Below, piece by piece: positions 13,801 to 26,100 of a stretch of 64,000 nucleotides of DNA (positions are counted from its first letter, which is position 1; the number at the start of each line of letters is the position of its first letter). The position numbers and the translations under genes are program-made. Below the pieces are notes generated by a model. The model had not been told where the DNA came from. It saw only the letters and a program-made list of their open reading frames with translations, and searched no databases. This DNA is from the human T2T-CHM13v2.0 reference genome, Homo sapiens: NCBI RefSeq assembly GCF_009914755.1, contig NC_060933.1, one strand, 5' to 3'.

Positions 13801-16800
13801 ATTCCATTCCATTCCATTCCATTCCTTTCCGTTCCATTCCATTCCATTCCATTCTATTCGGGTTAATTCCATTCCATTCCATTCGATTGCAATCGTGTTG
13901 ATTCCATTCCATTCCATTCCATTCCATTCCATTCCATTCCATTCCTTTCCATTCCATTATGCATGATTCCATTTCATTGCATTCCATTCCATTCCATTCC
14001 CCTGTACTCGGGTTGATTCCATTCCATTGCATTCCAATCCATGCTCTTCCACTCGTGTTGAGTCCATTCATTCCATTCCATTCAAGTTGAATCCATTCCA
14101 TTGCATTCCATTCCATTCGATTCCATTCGATTGCATTCGGGTTGATTCCATTCCATTGCATTCCATTCCATTCCATTCCATTCCATTCCGTTCCATTCCA
14201 TTCCATTACATTCGGATTGATTCTATTCAATTCCCTTACACTCCATTACATTCCATTCCATTCGGGTAGTTTCCATTCCATTCCATTCCATTCCTCTCCA
14301 TTCCATTGCACTCAGGTTGATTCCATTCCATTGCATTCCATTCCATTCCATTCAATCCATTCCGTTCCATTCCATTCCATTATATTCGGATTGATTCTAT
14401 TCAACTCCCTTACTCTCCATTACATTCCATTCCATTCGGGTTGTTCCATTCCATTCCATTCCATTCCACTCCATTCCATTGCACTCGGGTTTATTCAATT
14501 CCACTCCATTCCATTCCATTCCGGAAGATTCCATTTCATTGCATTCCATTCCATTCCATTCCCCTGCACTCGCGTTGATTCCATTCCATTCCATTCCATT
14601 CCATTCCATTCCATTCCATTCCTTTCCGTTCCATTCTATTCCATTCCATTCCATTCCATTCCGTTCCGTTCCGTTCCATTCCATTCCATTCCATTTTATT
14701 CGGGTTAATTCCATTCCATTCCATTCGATTGCAATCGAGTTGATTCCATTCCATTCCACTCCTTTCCATTCCATTCCATTCCATTCCTTTCCATTCCATT
14801 ACGGATGATTCCATTCCATTGCATTACATTCCATTCCATTCGCCTGTACTCGGGTTGATTCCATTCCATTCCATTCCATTCCATTCTATTCCATTACATT
14901 CCATTCCATTCCGGAAGTTTCCATTCCATTGCATTCCATTCCATTCCATTCCCCTGCACTCGCGTTGATTCCATTCCATTCCATTCCATTCCATTCCATT
15001 CCATTCCATTCCATTCCGATCCGTTCCATTCCATTCCATTCCATTCCATTCCGTTCCGTTCCATTCCATTCCATTCCATTCCATTCTAATCGGGTTAATT
15101 CCATTCCATTCCATTCAATTGCAATCGAGTTGATTCCATTCCATTCCATTCTATTCCATTCCATTCCATTCCATTCCATTCCATTCCATTCCTTTCCATT
15201 ACATTACGGGTGATTCCATTCCATTTCATTCCATTCCATTCCATTCCCCTGTACTCGGGTTGATTCTATTCCATTCCATTCCAATCCATGCCATTCCACT
15301 CGTGTTGTTTCCATTCTTTCCATTCCATTCAAGTTGAATCCATTCCATTGCATTCCATTCCATTCGATTCCATTCGATTGCACTCGGGTTGATTCCATGG
15401 CATTGCATTCCATTCCATTCCATTCCATTCCATTCCTTTCCATTCCATTCAATTCCATTCCATTCGGATGCATTCTATTCAATTCCCTTACACTCCATTA
15501 CATTCCATTCCATTCGTGTAGTTTCCATTCCATTCCATTCCATTCCTCTCCATTCCATTGCACTCGGCTTGATTCCATTCCATTCCATTCCATTCCATTC
15601 CATTCCATTCCGGATGATTCCATTCCATGGAATTCCATTCCATTCCATTCCCCTGCACTTGGGTTGATTCCATTCCATTCCATTCCATTCCTTTCTCTTC
15701 CATTCCATTCCATTCCATTCCATTCTATTCGTGTTAATTCCGTTCCATTCTATTCCATTCCATTCCATTGAAATCGAGTTGATTCCATTCCATTCAATAC
15801 CATTCCATTCCATTCCATTCCATTCCATTCCATTCGGGATGATTCCATTCCATTGCATTCCATTCCATTCCATTCCCCTGCACTAGGGTTGATTCTATTC
15901 CATTCCATTCCATTACATTCCATTCCATTCCGTTCCATTTCATTCTATTCCGGTTAATTCCATTCCTTTCCATTCCACTACATTCCAGTCCTTTCCATTC
16001 CATTCCACTCGGGTTGATTCCATTCTATTCCTTTCAATTCCATTCCATTCCATTCGATTGCAATCGAGTGGATTCCATTCGAGTTGAATCCATTCCATTC
16101 CATTCCATTCCATTCCATTGCACACGGGTTCATTCCATTCCATTCCAATCCATTCCATTCCATTCCATTCCATTCTATTCCGTACCATTCCATTCCATCC
16201 CATTCCATTCCGTTCCATTCCATGCCATTACACTCGGGTTGATTCCATTCCTTTCCATTCCATTCTTGTTGAATCCATTCCATTCCATTCCATTCCATTC
16301 GAATCCATTCCATTGCATTCGGGTTGATTCCATTCCATTCCATTCCATTCCATTTCATTGCATTCCATTCCGTTACATTCGGATTGATTCTATTGAATTC
16401 CCTTACACTCCATTACATTCCATTCCATTCGGGATGTTTCCGTTCCATTCCATTCCATTCCACTCCATTCCATTGCATCAGGTTGATTGCATTCCTTTCC
16501 ATTCCATTCCATTCCGGATGATTCCATTCCATTGCATTCCATTCCATTCCATTCCCCTGCACTCGGGTTGATTCCATTCCATTCCATTCCATTCCATTCC
16601 ATTCCATTCCGTTCCATTCCGTTCCATTCCATTCCATTCCGTTCCATTCCGGTTAATTCCATTCCATTCCATTCGATTCCATTCCATTCCATTCCATTCC
16701 ATTGCAGTCGGGTTGATTCCATTCCATTCCATTCCATTCCATTCCATTCCATTCCATTCCATTCCGTTCCATTCCATTCCATTCCATTCTATTCGGGTTA

Positions 16801-19800
16801 ATTCCATTCCATTCCATTCCATTCCATTCCATTCCATTCCATTCCATTCCATTCCATTCCATTCTATTCGGGTTAATTCCATTCCATTCCATTCCATTCC
16901 ATTCCATTCCATTCCATTCCAATCGAGTTGATTCCATTCCATTCCATTCCATTCCATTCCACTCCATTCCAGTCCTTTCCATTCCATTACACTCGGGTTG
17001 ATTCCATTCTATTCCTTTCCATTCCATTCCATTCCATTGCACTCGGGTTGATTCCATTCCATTCCATTCCATTCCATTCCATTCCGGATGATTCCATTCC
17101 ATTGCATTCCGTTCCATTACATTCCCCTGCACTCGGGTTGATACCATTCCATTCCATTCAATTCCATTCCATTCCGGATGATTCCATTCCATCGCATTCC
17201 ATTCCATTCCATTCCCCTGCACTCGGGTTGATTACATTCCATTTCCTTCCCTTCCATTCCTTTTCATTCCATTCCATTCCATTCTATTCGGGTGAATTCC
17301 ATTCCATTCCATTCCATTCCATTCCATTCCATTCCATTCCATTCCATTGCAATCGAGTTGATTCCATTCCATTCCATTCCATTCCGTTCCGGATGATTCC
17401 ATTCCATTCCATTCCATTCCATTCCATTCCATTCCATTCCCCTGCAGTCGGGTTGATTCCATTCCATTCCATTCCATTCCATTCCATTCCGTTCCGTTCA
17501 ATTCCATTCCATTCCATTCTATTCGGGTTAATTCCATTCCATTCCATTCCATTCCATTCGATTCCAATCGAGTTGATTCCATTCCATTCCATTCCATTCC
17601 ATTCCACTCCATTCCAGTCCTTTCCATTCCATTACACTCGGGTTGATTCCATTCTATTCCTTTCCACTCCATTCCATTCCATTGCAATCGAGTTGACTCC
17701 ATTGCTTTGCATTCCATTCCATTCCATTCCATTCCGGATGATTCCATTCCATTGCATTCCATTCCATTCCATTCCCCTGCACTCGGGTTGATTCCATTCC
17801 ATTCCACTCCTTTCCGTTCCATTCCATTCCATTCCATTTTATTCGGGTTAATTCCATTCCATTCCATTCCTTTCCATTCCATTCCATTACAATCGAGTTG
17901 ATTCCATTCCATTCCATTCCATTCCATTCCAGTCCTTTCCATTCCATTCCACTCGGTTTGATTCCATTCTATTAGTTTCCATTCCATTCCATTCCCTTCC
18001 ATTCCACTCTGGTTGATTCCATTCCTTTCCATTCCACTCGAATACATTCCCTCCTATTCCACTCGGAACGATTCCATTCCATTCCATTCCATTCCATTCC
18101 ATTCCATTCCATTCCAGTTCGTTCCATTCCATTCTATTCCGTACCATTCCATTCCATTCCTTTCCATTCCATTCGGTTTGAAGGCATTCCATTCCATTCA
18201 ATTCCATTCCATTCCATTCCATTCCATTCCATTCCATTCCATTCTATTCCATTCCATTGCAATCGAGTTGAATCCATTGCTTTCATTCCATTCCATTCCA
18301 TTCCATTCCATTCCGGATGATTCCATTCCATTACATTCCATTCCATTCCATTCCCCTGCACTCGCGTTGATTCCATTCCATTCCATTCCATTCCATTCCG
18401 TTACGTTCCATTCCATTCCATTCCATTCCATTCCATTCCGTTCCGTTCCATTCCATTCCATTCCATTCTATTCGGGTTAATTCCATTCCATTCCATTCGA
18501 TTGCCATCGAGTTGATTCCATTCCATTCCATTCCATTCCATTCCATTCCATTCCATTCCTTTCCATTCCATTACGGATGACTCCATTCCATTGCATTCCA
18601 TTCCATTCCATTCCCCTGTACTCGGGTTGATTCCATTCCATTCCATTCCACTCCATTCGGTTCCGTTGCATTCCATTCTATTGCATTCCATTCTATTCGG
18701 GTTAATTCCATTCCATTCTATTCCATTCCATTCCATTCCATTCCATTGCAGTGGAGTTGATTCCATTCCATTCCATTCCATTCCGGATGATTCCATTCCA
18801 TTGCATTCCATTCCTTTCCTTTCCCCTGCACTCGTGTTCTTTCCATTCCGTTCCATTCCATTCCATTCCATTCTATTCCGGTTAATTCCATTCCATTCCA
18901 TTCCATTCCATTCCATTCCATTGCAATCGAGTTGATTGCATTCCATTCCTTTCCATTCCATTCCATTGCCTTGCATTCCACTCGGGTTGATTCCATTCCC
19001 TTCTTTCCACTCCATTACATTCCCTTCCATTCCACTCGGAATGATTGATTCCATTCCATTCCATTCCATTTCATTCCATTGCAATCCATTCCAATCCATT
19101 CCATTACATTCCATTCTACTCGAGTTGACTTCATTCCATTCCTTTCCATTCCATTCCATTCCTTTCCACTCGAGTTGATTCCATTCCATTCCAATCCATT
19201 GCATTCCATTCCATGCCATTCCACTCGGGTTGATTCCATTCCATTCCATTCCATTCCATTCCATTCCGTTCCGTTCCATTCCATTCCATTCCATTCCATT
19301 CCATTCCGTTCCGTTCCATTCCATTCCATTCCATTCTATTCGGGTTAATTCCATTCCATTCCATTCGATTGCAATCGTGTTGATTCCATTCCATTCCATT
19401 CCATTCCATTCCATTCCTTTCCATTCCATTATGCATGATTCCATTTCATTGCATTCCATTCCATTCCATTCCCCTGTACTCGGGTTGATTCCATTCCATT
19501 GCATTCCAATCCATGCTCTTCCACTCGTGTTGAGTCCATTCATTCCATTCCATTCAAGTTGAATCCATTCCATTGCATTCCATTCCATTCCATTCCATTC
19601 CATTCCATTCCATTCCATTCCGTTCCATTCCATTCCATTACATTCGGATTGATTCTATTCAATTCCCTTACACTCCATTACATTCCATTCCATTCGGGTA
19701 GTTTCCATTCCATTCCATTCCATTCCTCTCCATTCCATTGCACTCAGGTTGATTCCATTCCATTGCATTCCATTCCATTCCATTCAATCCATTCCGTTCC

Positions 19801-22800
19801 ATTCCATTCCATTATATTCGGATTGATTCTATTCAACTCCCTTACTCTCCATTACATTCCATTCCATTCGGGTTGTTCCATTCCATTCCATTCCATTCCA
19901 CTCCATTCCATTGCACTCGGGTTTATTCAATTCCACTCCATTCCATTCCATTCCGGAAGATTCCATTCCATTGCATTCCATTCCATTCCATTCCCCTGCA
20001 CTCGCGTTGATTCCATTCCATTCCATTCCATTCCATTCCATTCCATTCCATTCCATTCCATTCCTTTCCGTTCCATTCTATTCCATTCCATTCCATTCCA
20101 TTCCGTTCCGTTCCGTTCCATTCCATTCCATTCCATTTTATTCGGGTTAATTCCATTCCATTCCATTCGATTGCAATCGAGTTGATTCCATTCCATTCCA
20201 CTCCTTTCCATTCCATTCCATTCCATTCCTTTCCATTCCATTACGGATGATTCCATTCCATTGCATTACATTCCATTCCATTCGCCTGTACTCGGGTTGA
20301 TTCCATTCCATTCCATTCCATTCCATTCTATTCCATTACATTCCATTCCATTCCGGAAGTTTCCATTCCATTGCATTCCATTCCATTCCATTCCCCTGCA
20401 CTCGCGTTGATTCCATTCCATTCCATTCCATTCCATTCCATTCCATTCCATTCCATTCCGATCCGTTCCATTCCATTCCATTCCATTCCATTCCGTTCCG
20501 TTCCATTCCATTCCATTCCATTCCATTCTAATCGGGTTAATTCCATTCCATTCCATTCAATTGCAATCGAGTTGATTCCATTCTATTCCATTCCATTCCA
20601 TTCCATTCCATTCCATTCCATTCCTTTCCATTACATTACGGGTGATTCCATTCCATTTCATTCCATTCCATTCCATTCCCCTGTACTCGGGTTGATTCTA
20701 TTCCATTCCATTCCAATCCATGCCATTCCACTCGTGTTGTTTCCATTCTTTCCATTCCATTCAAGTTGAATCCATTCCATTGCATTCCATTCCATTCGAT
20801 TCCATTCGATTGCACTCGGGTTGATTCCATGGCATTGCATTCCATTCCATTCCATTCCATTCCATTCCTTTCCATTCCATTCAATTCCATTCCATTCGGA
20901 TGCATTCTATTCAATTCCCTTACACTCCATTACATTCCATTCCATTCGTGTAGTTTCCATTCCATTCCATTCCATTCCTCTCCATTCCATTGCACTCGGC
21001 TTGATTCCATTCCATTCCATTCCATTCCATTCCATTCCATTCCATTCCGGATGATTCCATTCCATGGAATTCCATTCCATTCCATTCCCCTGCACTTGGG
21101 TTGATTCCATTCCATTCCATTCCATTCCTTTCTCTTCCATTCCATTCCATTCCATTCCATTCTATTCGTGTTAATTCCGTTCCATTCTATTCCATTCCAT
21201 TCCATTGAAATCGAGTTGATTCCATTCCATTCAATACCATTCCATTCCATTCCATTCCATTCCATTCCATTCGGGATGATTCCATTCCATTGCATTCCAT
21301 TCCATTCCATTCCCCTGCACTAGGGTTGATTCTATTCCATTCCATTCCATTACATTCCATTCCATTCCGTTCCATTTCATTCTATTCCGGTTAATTCCAT
21401 TCCATTCCATTCCACTCCATTCCAGTCCTTTCCATTCCATTCCACTCGGGTTGATTCCATTCTATTCCTTTCAATTCCATTCCATTCCATTCGATTGCAA
21501 TCGAGTGGATTCCATTCGAGTTGAATCCATTCCATTCCATTCCATTCCATTCCATTGCACACGGGTTCATTCCATTCCATTCCATTCCATTCCATTCCAT
21601 TCCATTCCATTCCATTATATTCCGTACCATTCCATTCCATCCCATTCCATTCCGTTCCATTCCATGCCATTACACTCGGGTTGATTCCATTCCTTTCCAT
21701 TCCATTCTTGTTGAATCCATTCCATTCCATTCCATTCCATTCGAATCCATTCCATTGCATTCGGGTTGATTCCATTCCATTCCATTCCATTCCATTTCAT
21801 TGCATTCCATTCCGTTACATTCGGATTGATTCTATTGAATTCCCTTACACTCCATTACATTCCATTCCATTCGGGATGTTTCCGTTCCATTCCATTCCAT
21901 TCCACTCCATTCCATTGCATCAGGTTGATTGCATTCCTTTCCATTCCATTCCATTCCGGATGATTCCATTCCATTGCATTCCACTCCATTCCATTCCCCT
22001 GCACTCGGGTTGATTCCATTCCATTCCATTCCATTCCATTCCATTCCGTTCCATTCCGTTCCATTCCATTCCATTCCGTTCCATTCCGGTTAATTCCATT
22101 CCATTCCATTCGATTCCATTCCATTCCATTCCATTCCATTGCAGTCGGGTTGATTCCATTCCATTCCATTCCATTCCATTCCATTCCATTCCATTCCGTT
22201 CCATTCCATTCCATTCCATTCTATTCGGGTTAATTCCATTCCATTCCATTCCATTCCATTCCATTCCATTCCATTCCATTCCATTCTATTCGGGTTAATT
22301 CCATTCCATTCCATTCCATTCCATTCCATTCCATTCCAATCGAGTTGATTCCATTCCATTCCATTCCATTCCATTCCACTCCATTCCAGTCCTTTCCATT
22401 CCATTACACTCGGGTTGATTCCATTCTATTCGTTTCCATTCCATTCCATTCCATTGCACTCGGGTTGATTCCATTCCATTCCATTCCATTCCATTCCATT
22501 CCGGATGATTCCATTCCATTGCATTCCGTTCCATTACATTCCCCTGCACTCGGGTTGATACCATTCCATTCCATTCCATTCCATTCCATTCCGGATGATT
22601 CCATTCCATCGCATTCCATTCCATTCCATTCCCCTGCACTCGGGTTGATTACATTCCATTTCCTTCCCTTCCATTCCTTTCCATTCCATTCCATTCCATT
22701 CTATTCGGGTGAATTCCATTCCATTCCATTCCATTCCATTCCATTCCATTCCATTCCATTCCATTGCAATCGAGTTGATTCCATTCCATTCCATTCCATT

Positions 22801-23170
22801 CCGTTCCGGATGATTCCATTCCATTCCATTCCATTCCATTCCATTCCATTCCATTCCATTCCATTCCCCTGCAGTCGGGTTGATTCCATTCCATTCCATT
22901 CCATTCCATTCCATTCCATTCCGTTCCGTTCAATTCCATTCCATTCCATTCTATTCGGGTTAATTCCATTCCATTCCATTCCATTCCATTCGATTCCAAT
23001 CGAGTTGATTCCATTCCATTCCATTCCATTCCATTCCACTCCATTCCAGTCCTTTCCATTCCATTACACTCGGGTTGATTCCATTCTATTCCTTTCCACT
23101 CCATTCCATTCCATTGCAATCGAGTTGACTCCATTGCTTTGCATTCCATTCCATTCCATTCCATTCCGGA
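11530..23170 (+). repeat. Recent tandem duplication, period about 5.43 kb (two copies plus a partial third)
   Basis: Private variants recur at about +5432: CGTGTTCTTT 13401/18833, GCATG 13961/19433, CCGATCCG 15016/20458, CGGATGCATTCT 15465/20897, GACTCCATTGCTTTGC 17695/23127. Identical ORF translations appear at +5432 in the track. Confidence 0.9.
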
Positions 23171-26100
23171 AGATTCTATTCCATTGCATTCCATTCCATT
23201 CCATTCCCCTGCACTCGCGTTGATTCCATTCCATTCCATTCCATTCCATTCCATTCCATTCCGTTCCGTTCCGTTCCATTCCATTCCATTCCATTCCATT
23301 CCGTTCCGTTCCATTCCATTCCATTCCATTCTATTCTGGTTAATTCCATTCCATTCCATTCCATTGCAATCGAGTTGATTCCATTCCATTCCATTCCATT
23401 CCATTCCATTACAATTCTTTACATTCCATTCTATTCCGTACCATTCCATTCCATTCCATACCATTCCATTCCATTCCATTCCATTCGATTCCGGTCCATT
23501 CCGTTCCATTGCATTCCATTCCATTCTATTCGGGTTAATTCCATTCCATTCCATTCCATTCCATTCTATTCCATTCCATTGCAATCGAGTTGAATCCATT
23601 GCATTTCATTCCATTCCATTCCATTCCATTCCATTCCATTCCGGAAGATTCCATTCCATTGCATTCCATTCCATTCCATTCCCCTGCACTCGCGTTGATT
23701 CCATTCCATTCCATTCCATTCCATTCCGTTCCGTTCCATTCCATTCCATTCCATTCCGTTCCTTTCCATTCCATTCCATTCCATTCTATTCGGGTTAATT
23801 CCATTCCATTCCATTCGATTGCAATCGAGTTGATTCCATTCCATTGCATTCCATTCCATTCGATTCCATTCGATTGCACTCGGGTTGATTCCATTCCATT
23901 GCATTCCATTCCATTCGATTCCATTCGATTGCACTCGGGTTGATTCCATTCCATTGCATTCCATTCCATTCCATTCAATTCCATTCCGTTCCATTCCATT
24001 CCATTACATTCGAATTGATTCTATTCAACTCCCTTACTCTCCATTATATTCGATTCCATTCGGGTTGTTCCATTCCATTCCATTCCATTCCACTCCATTC
24101 CATTGCACTCGGGTTGATTCCATTCCATTCCATTCCATTCCATTCCGGAAGATTCCATTCCATTGCATTCCATTACATTCCATTCCCCTGCACTCGTGTT
24201 GATTCCATTCCATTCCATTCCATTCCATTCCATTCCGTTCCATTCCATTCCATTGCATTCCATTCCGTTCCGTTCCATTCCATTCCATTCCATTCTATTC
24301 GGGTTAATTCCATTCCATTCCATTCTATTGCAATCGTGTTGATTCCATTCCATTCCATTCCATTCCATTCCATTCCATTCCATTCCTTTGCATTCCATTA
24401 CGGATGATTCCATTCCATTGCATTCCATTCCATTCCATTCTCCTGTACTCGGGTTGATTCCATTCCATTGCATTCCAATCCATGCCCTTCCACTCGTGTT
24501 GATTCCATTCTTTCCATTCCATTCAAGTTGAATCCATTCCATTGCATTCCATTCCATTCGATTCCATTCGATTGCACTCAGGTTGATTCCATTCCATTGC
24601 ATTCCATTCCATTCAATTCCATTCCATTCCATTCCATTCCGTTCCATTCCATTCCATTACATTCGGATTGATTCTATTCAATTCCCTTACACTCCATTAC
24701 ATTCCATTCCATTCGGGTAGTTTCCATTCCATTCCATTCTATTCCTCTCCATTCCATTACACTCGGGTTGATTCCATTCCATTGCATTCCATTCCATTCC
24801 ATTCAATTCCATTCCGTTCAATTCCATTCCATTACATTCGGATTGATTCTATTCAACTCCCTTGCTCTCCGTTACATTCCATTCCATTCGGGTTGTTCCA
24901 TTCCATTCCATTCCATTCCACTCCATTCCATTGCACTCGGGTTTGTTCCATTCCATTCCATTCTGGAAGATTCCATTCCATTGCATTCCATTCCATTCCA
25001 TTCCAATGCACTCGCGTTGATTCCATTCCATTCCATTCCATTCCATTCCATTCCATTCCTTTCCATTCCATTACGGATGATTCCATTCCATTGCATTCCA
25101 TTCCATTCCATTCCCCTGTACTCGGGTTGATTCCATTCCATTCCATTCCAATCCATGCCATTCCACTCGTGTTGATTCCATTCTTTCCATTCCATTCAAG
25201 TTGAATCCATTCCATTGCATTCCATTCCATTCGATTACATTCGATTGCACTCGGGTTGATTCCATTCCATTGCATTCCATTCCATTCCATTCCATTCCGT
25301 TCCATTCCATTCCATTACATTCGAATTGATTCTATTCAATTCCCTTACACTTCATTACATTCCATTCCATTCGGGTAGTTTCCATTCCATTCCATTCCAT
25401 TCCTCTCCATTCCATTGCACTCGGGTTGATTCCATTCCATTCCATTCCATTCCATTCCATTGCATTCTATTCCATTCCATTCCATTCCATTGTACTCGGG
25501 TTGATTCCATTCCATTGCATTCCATTCCATTCCATTCCGTTCCATTCCATTCCATTACATTCGGGTTGATTCTATTCAACTCCCTTACTCTCCATTACTT
25601 TCCATTCCATTCGTGTTGTTCCATTCCATTCCATTCCCTTCCTCCCCATTCCATTGCACTCGGGTTGATTCCATTCCATTCCATTCCATTCCATCCCGGA
25701 TGATTCCATTCCATTGCATTCCGTTCCATTACATTCCCCTGCACTCGGGTTGATTCCATTCCATTCCATTCCATTCCATACCATTCCATTCGATTCCATT
25801 CCATTCCAAATCTTTCCATTCCATTCTATTCCGCACCATTCCATTCCATTCCATACAATTCCATTCCATTCCATTCCATTCCATTCCATTCCGTTCCGTT
25901 CTGTTCCGTTCCGTTCCGTTCCATTCCATTCCATTCCATTCTATTCGGGTTAATTCCATTCCATTCCATTCCATTTCATTCCATTCTATTCCATTCCATT
26001 GCAATCGAGTTGAATCCATTGCATTCCATTCCATTCCATTCCATTCCATTCCGGAAGATTCCATTCCATTGCATTCCATTCCATTCCATTCCCCTGCACT

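Noticed and set aside
24960-24974. Spacer-only HSE variants as proof of purifying selection
   Set aside because: cg>tg and cg>ca changes are ordinary CpG deamination, broken copies exist, and the counts are too small.
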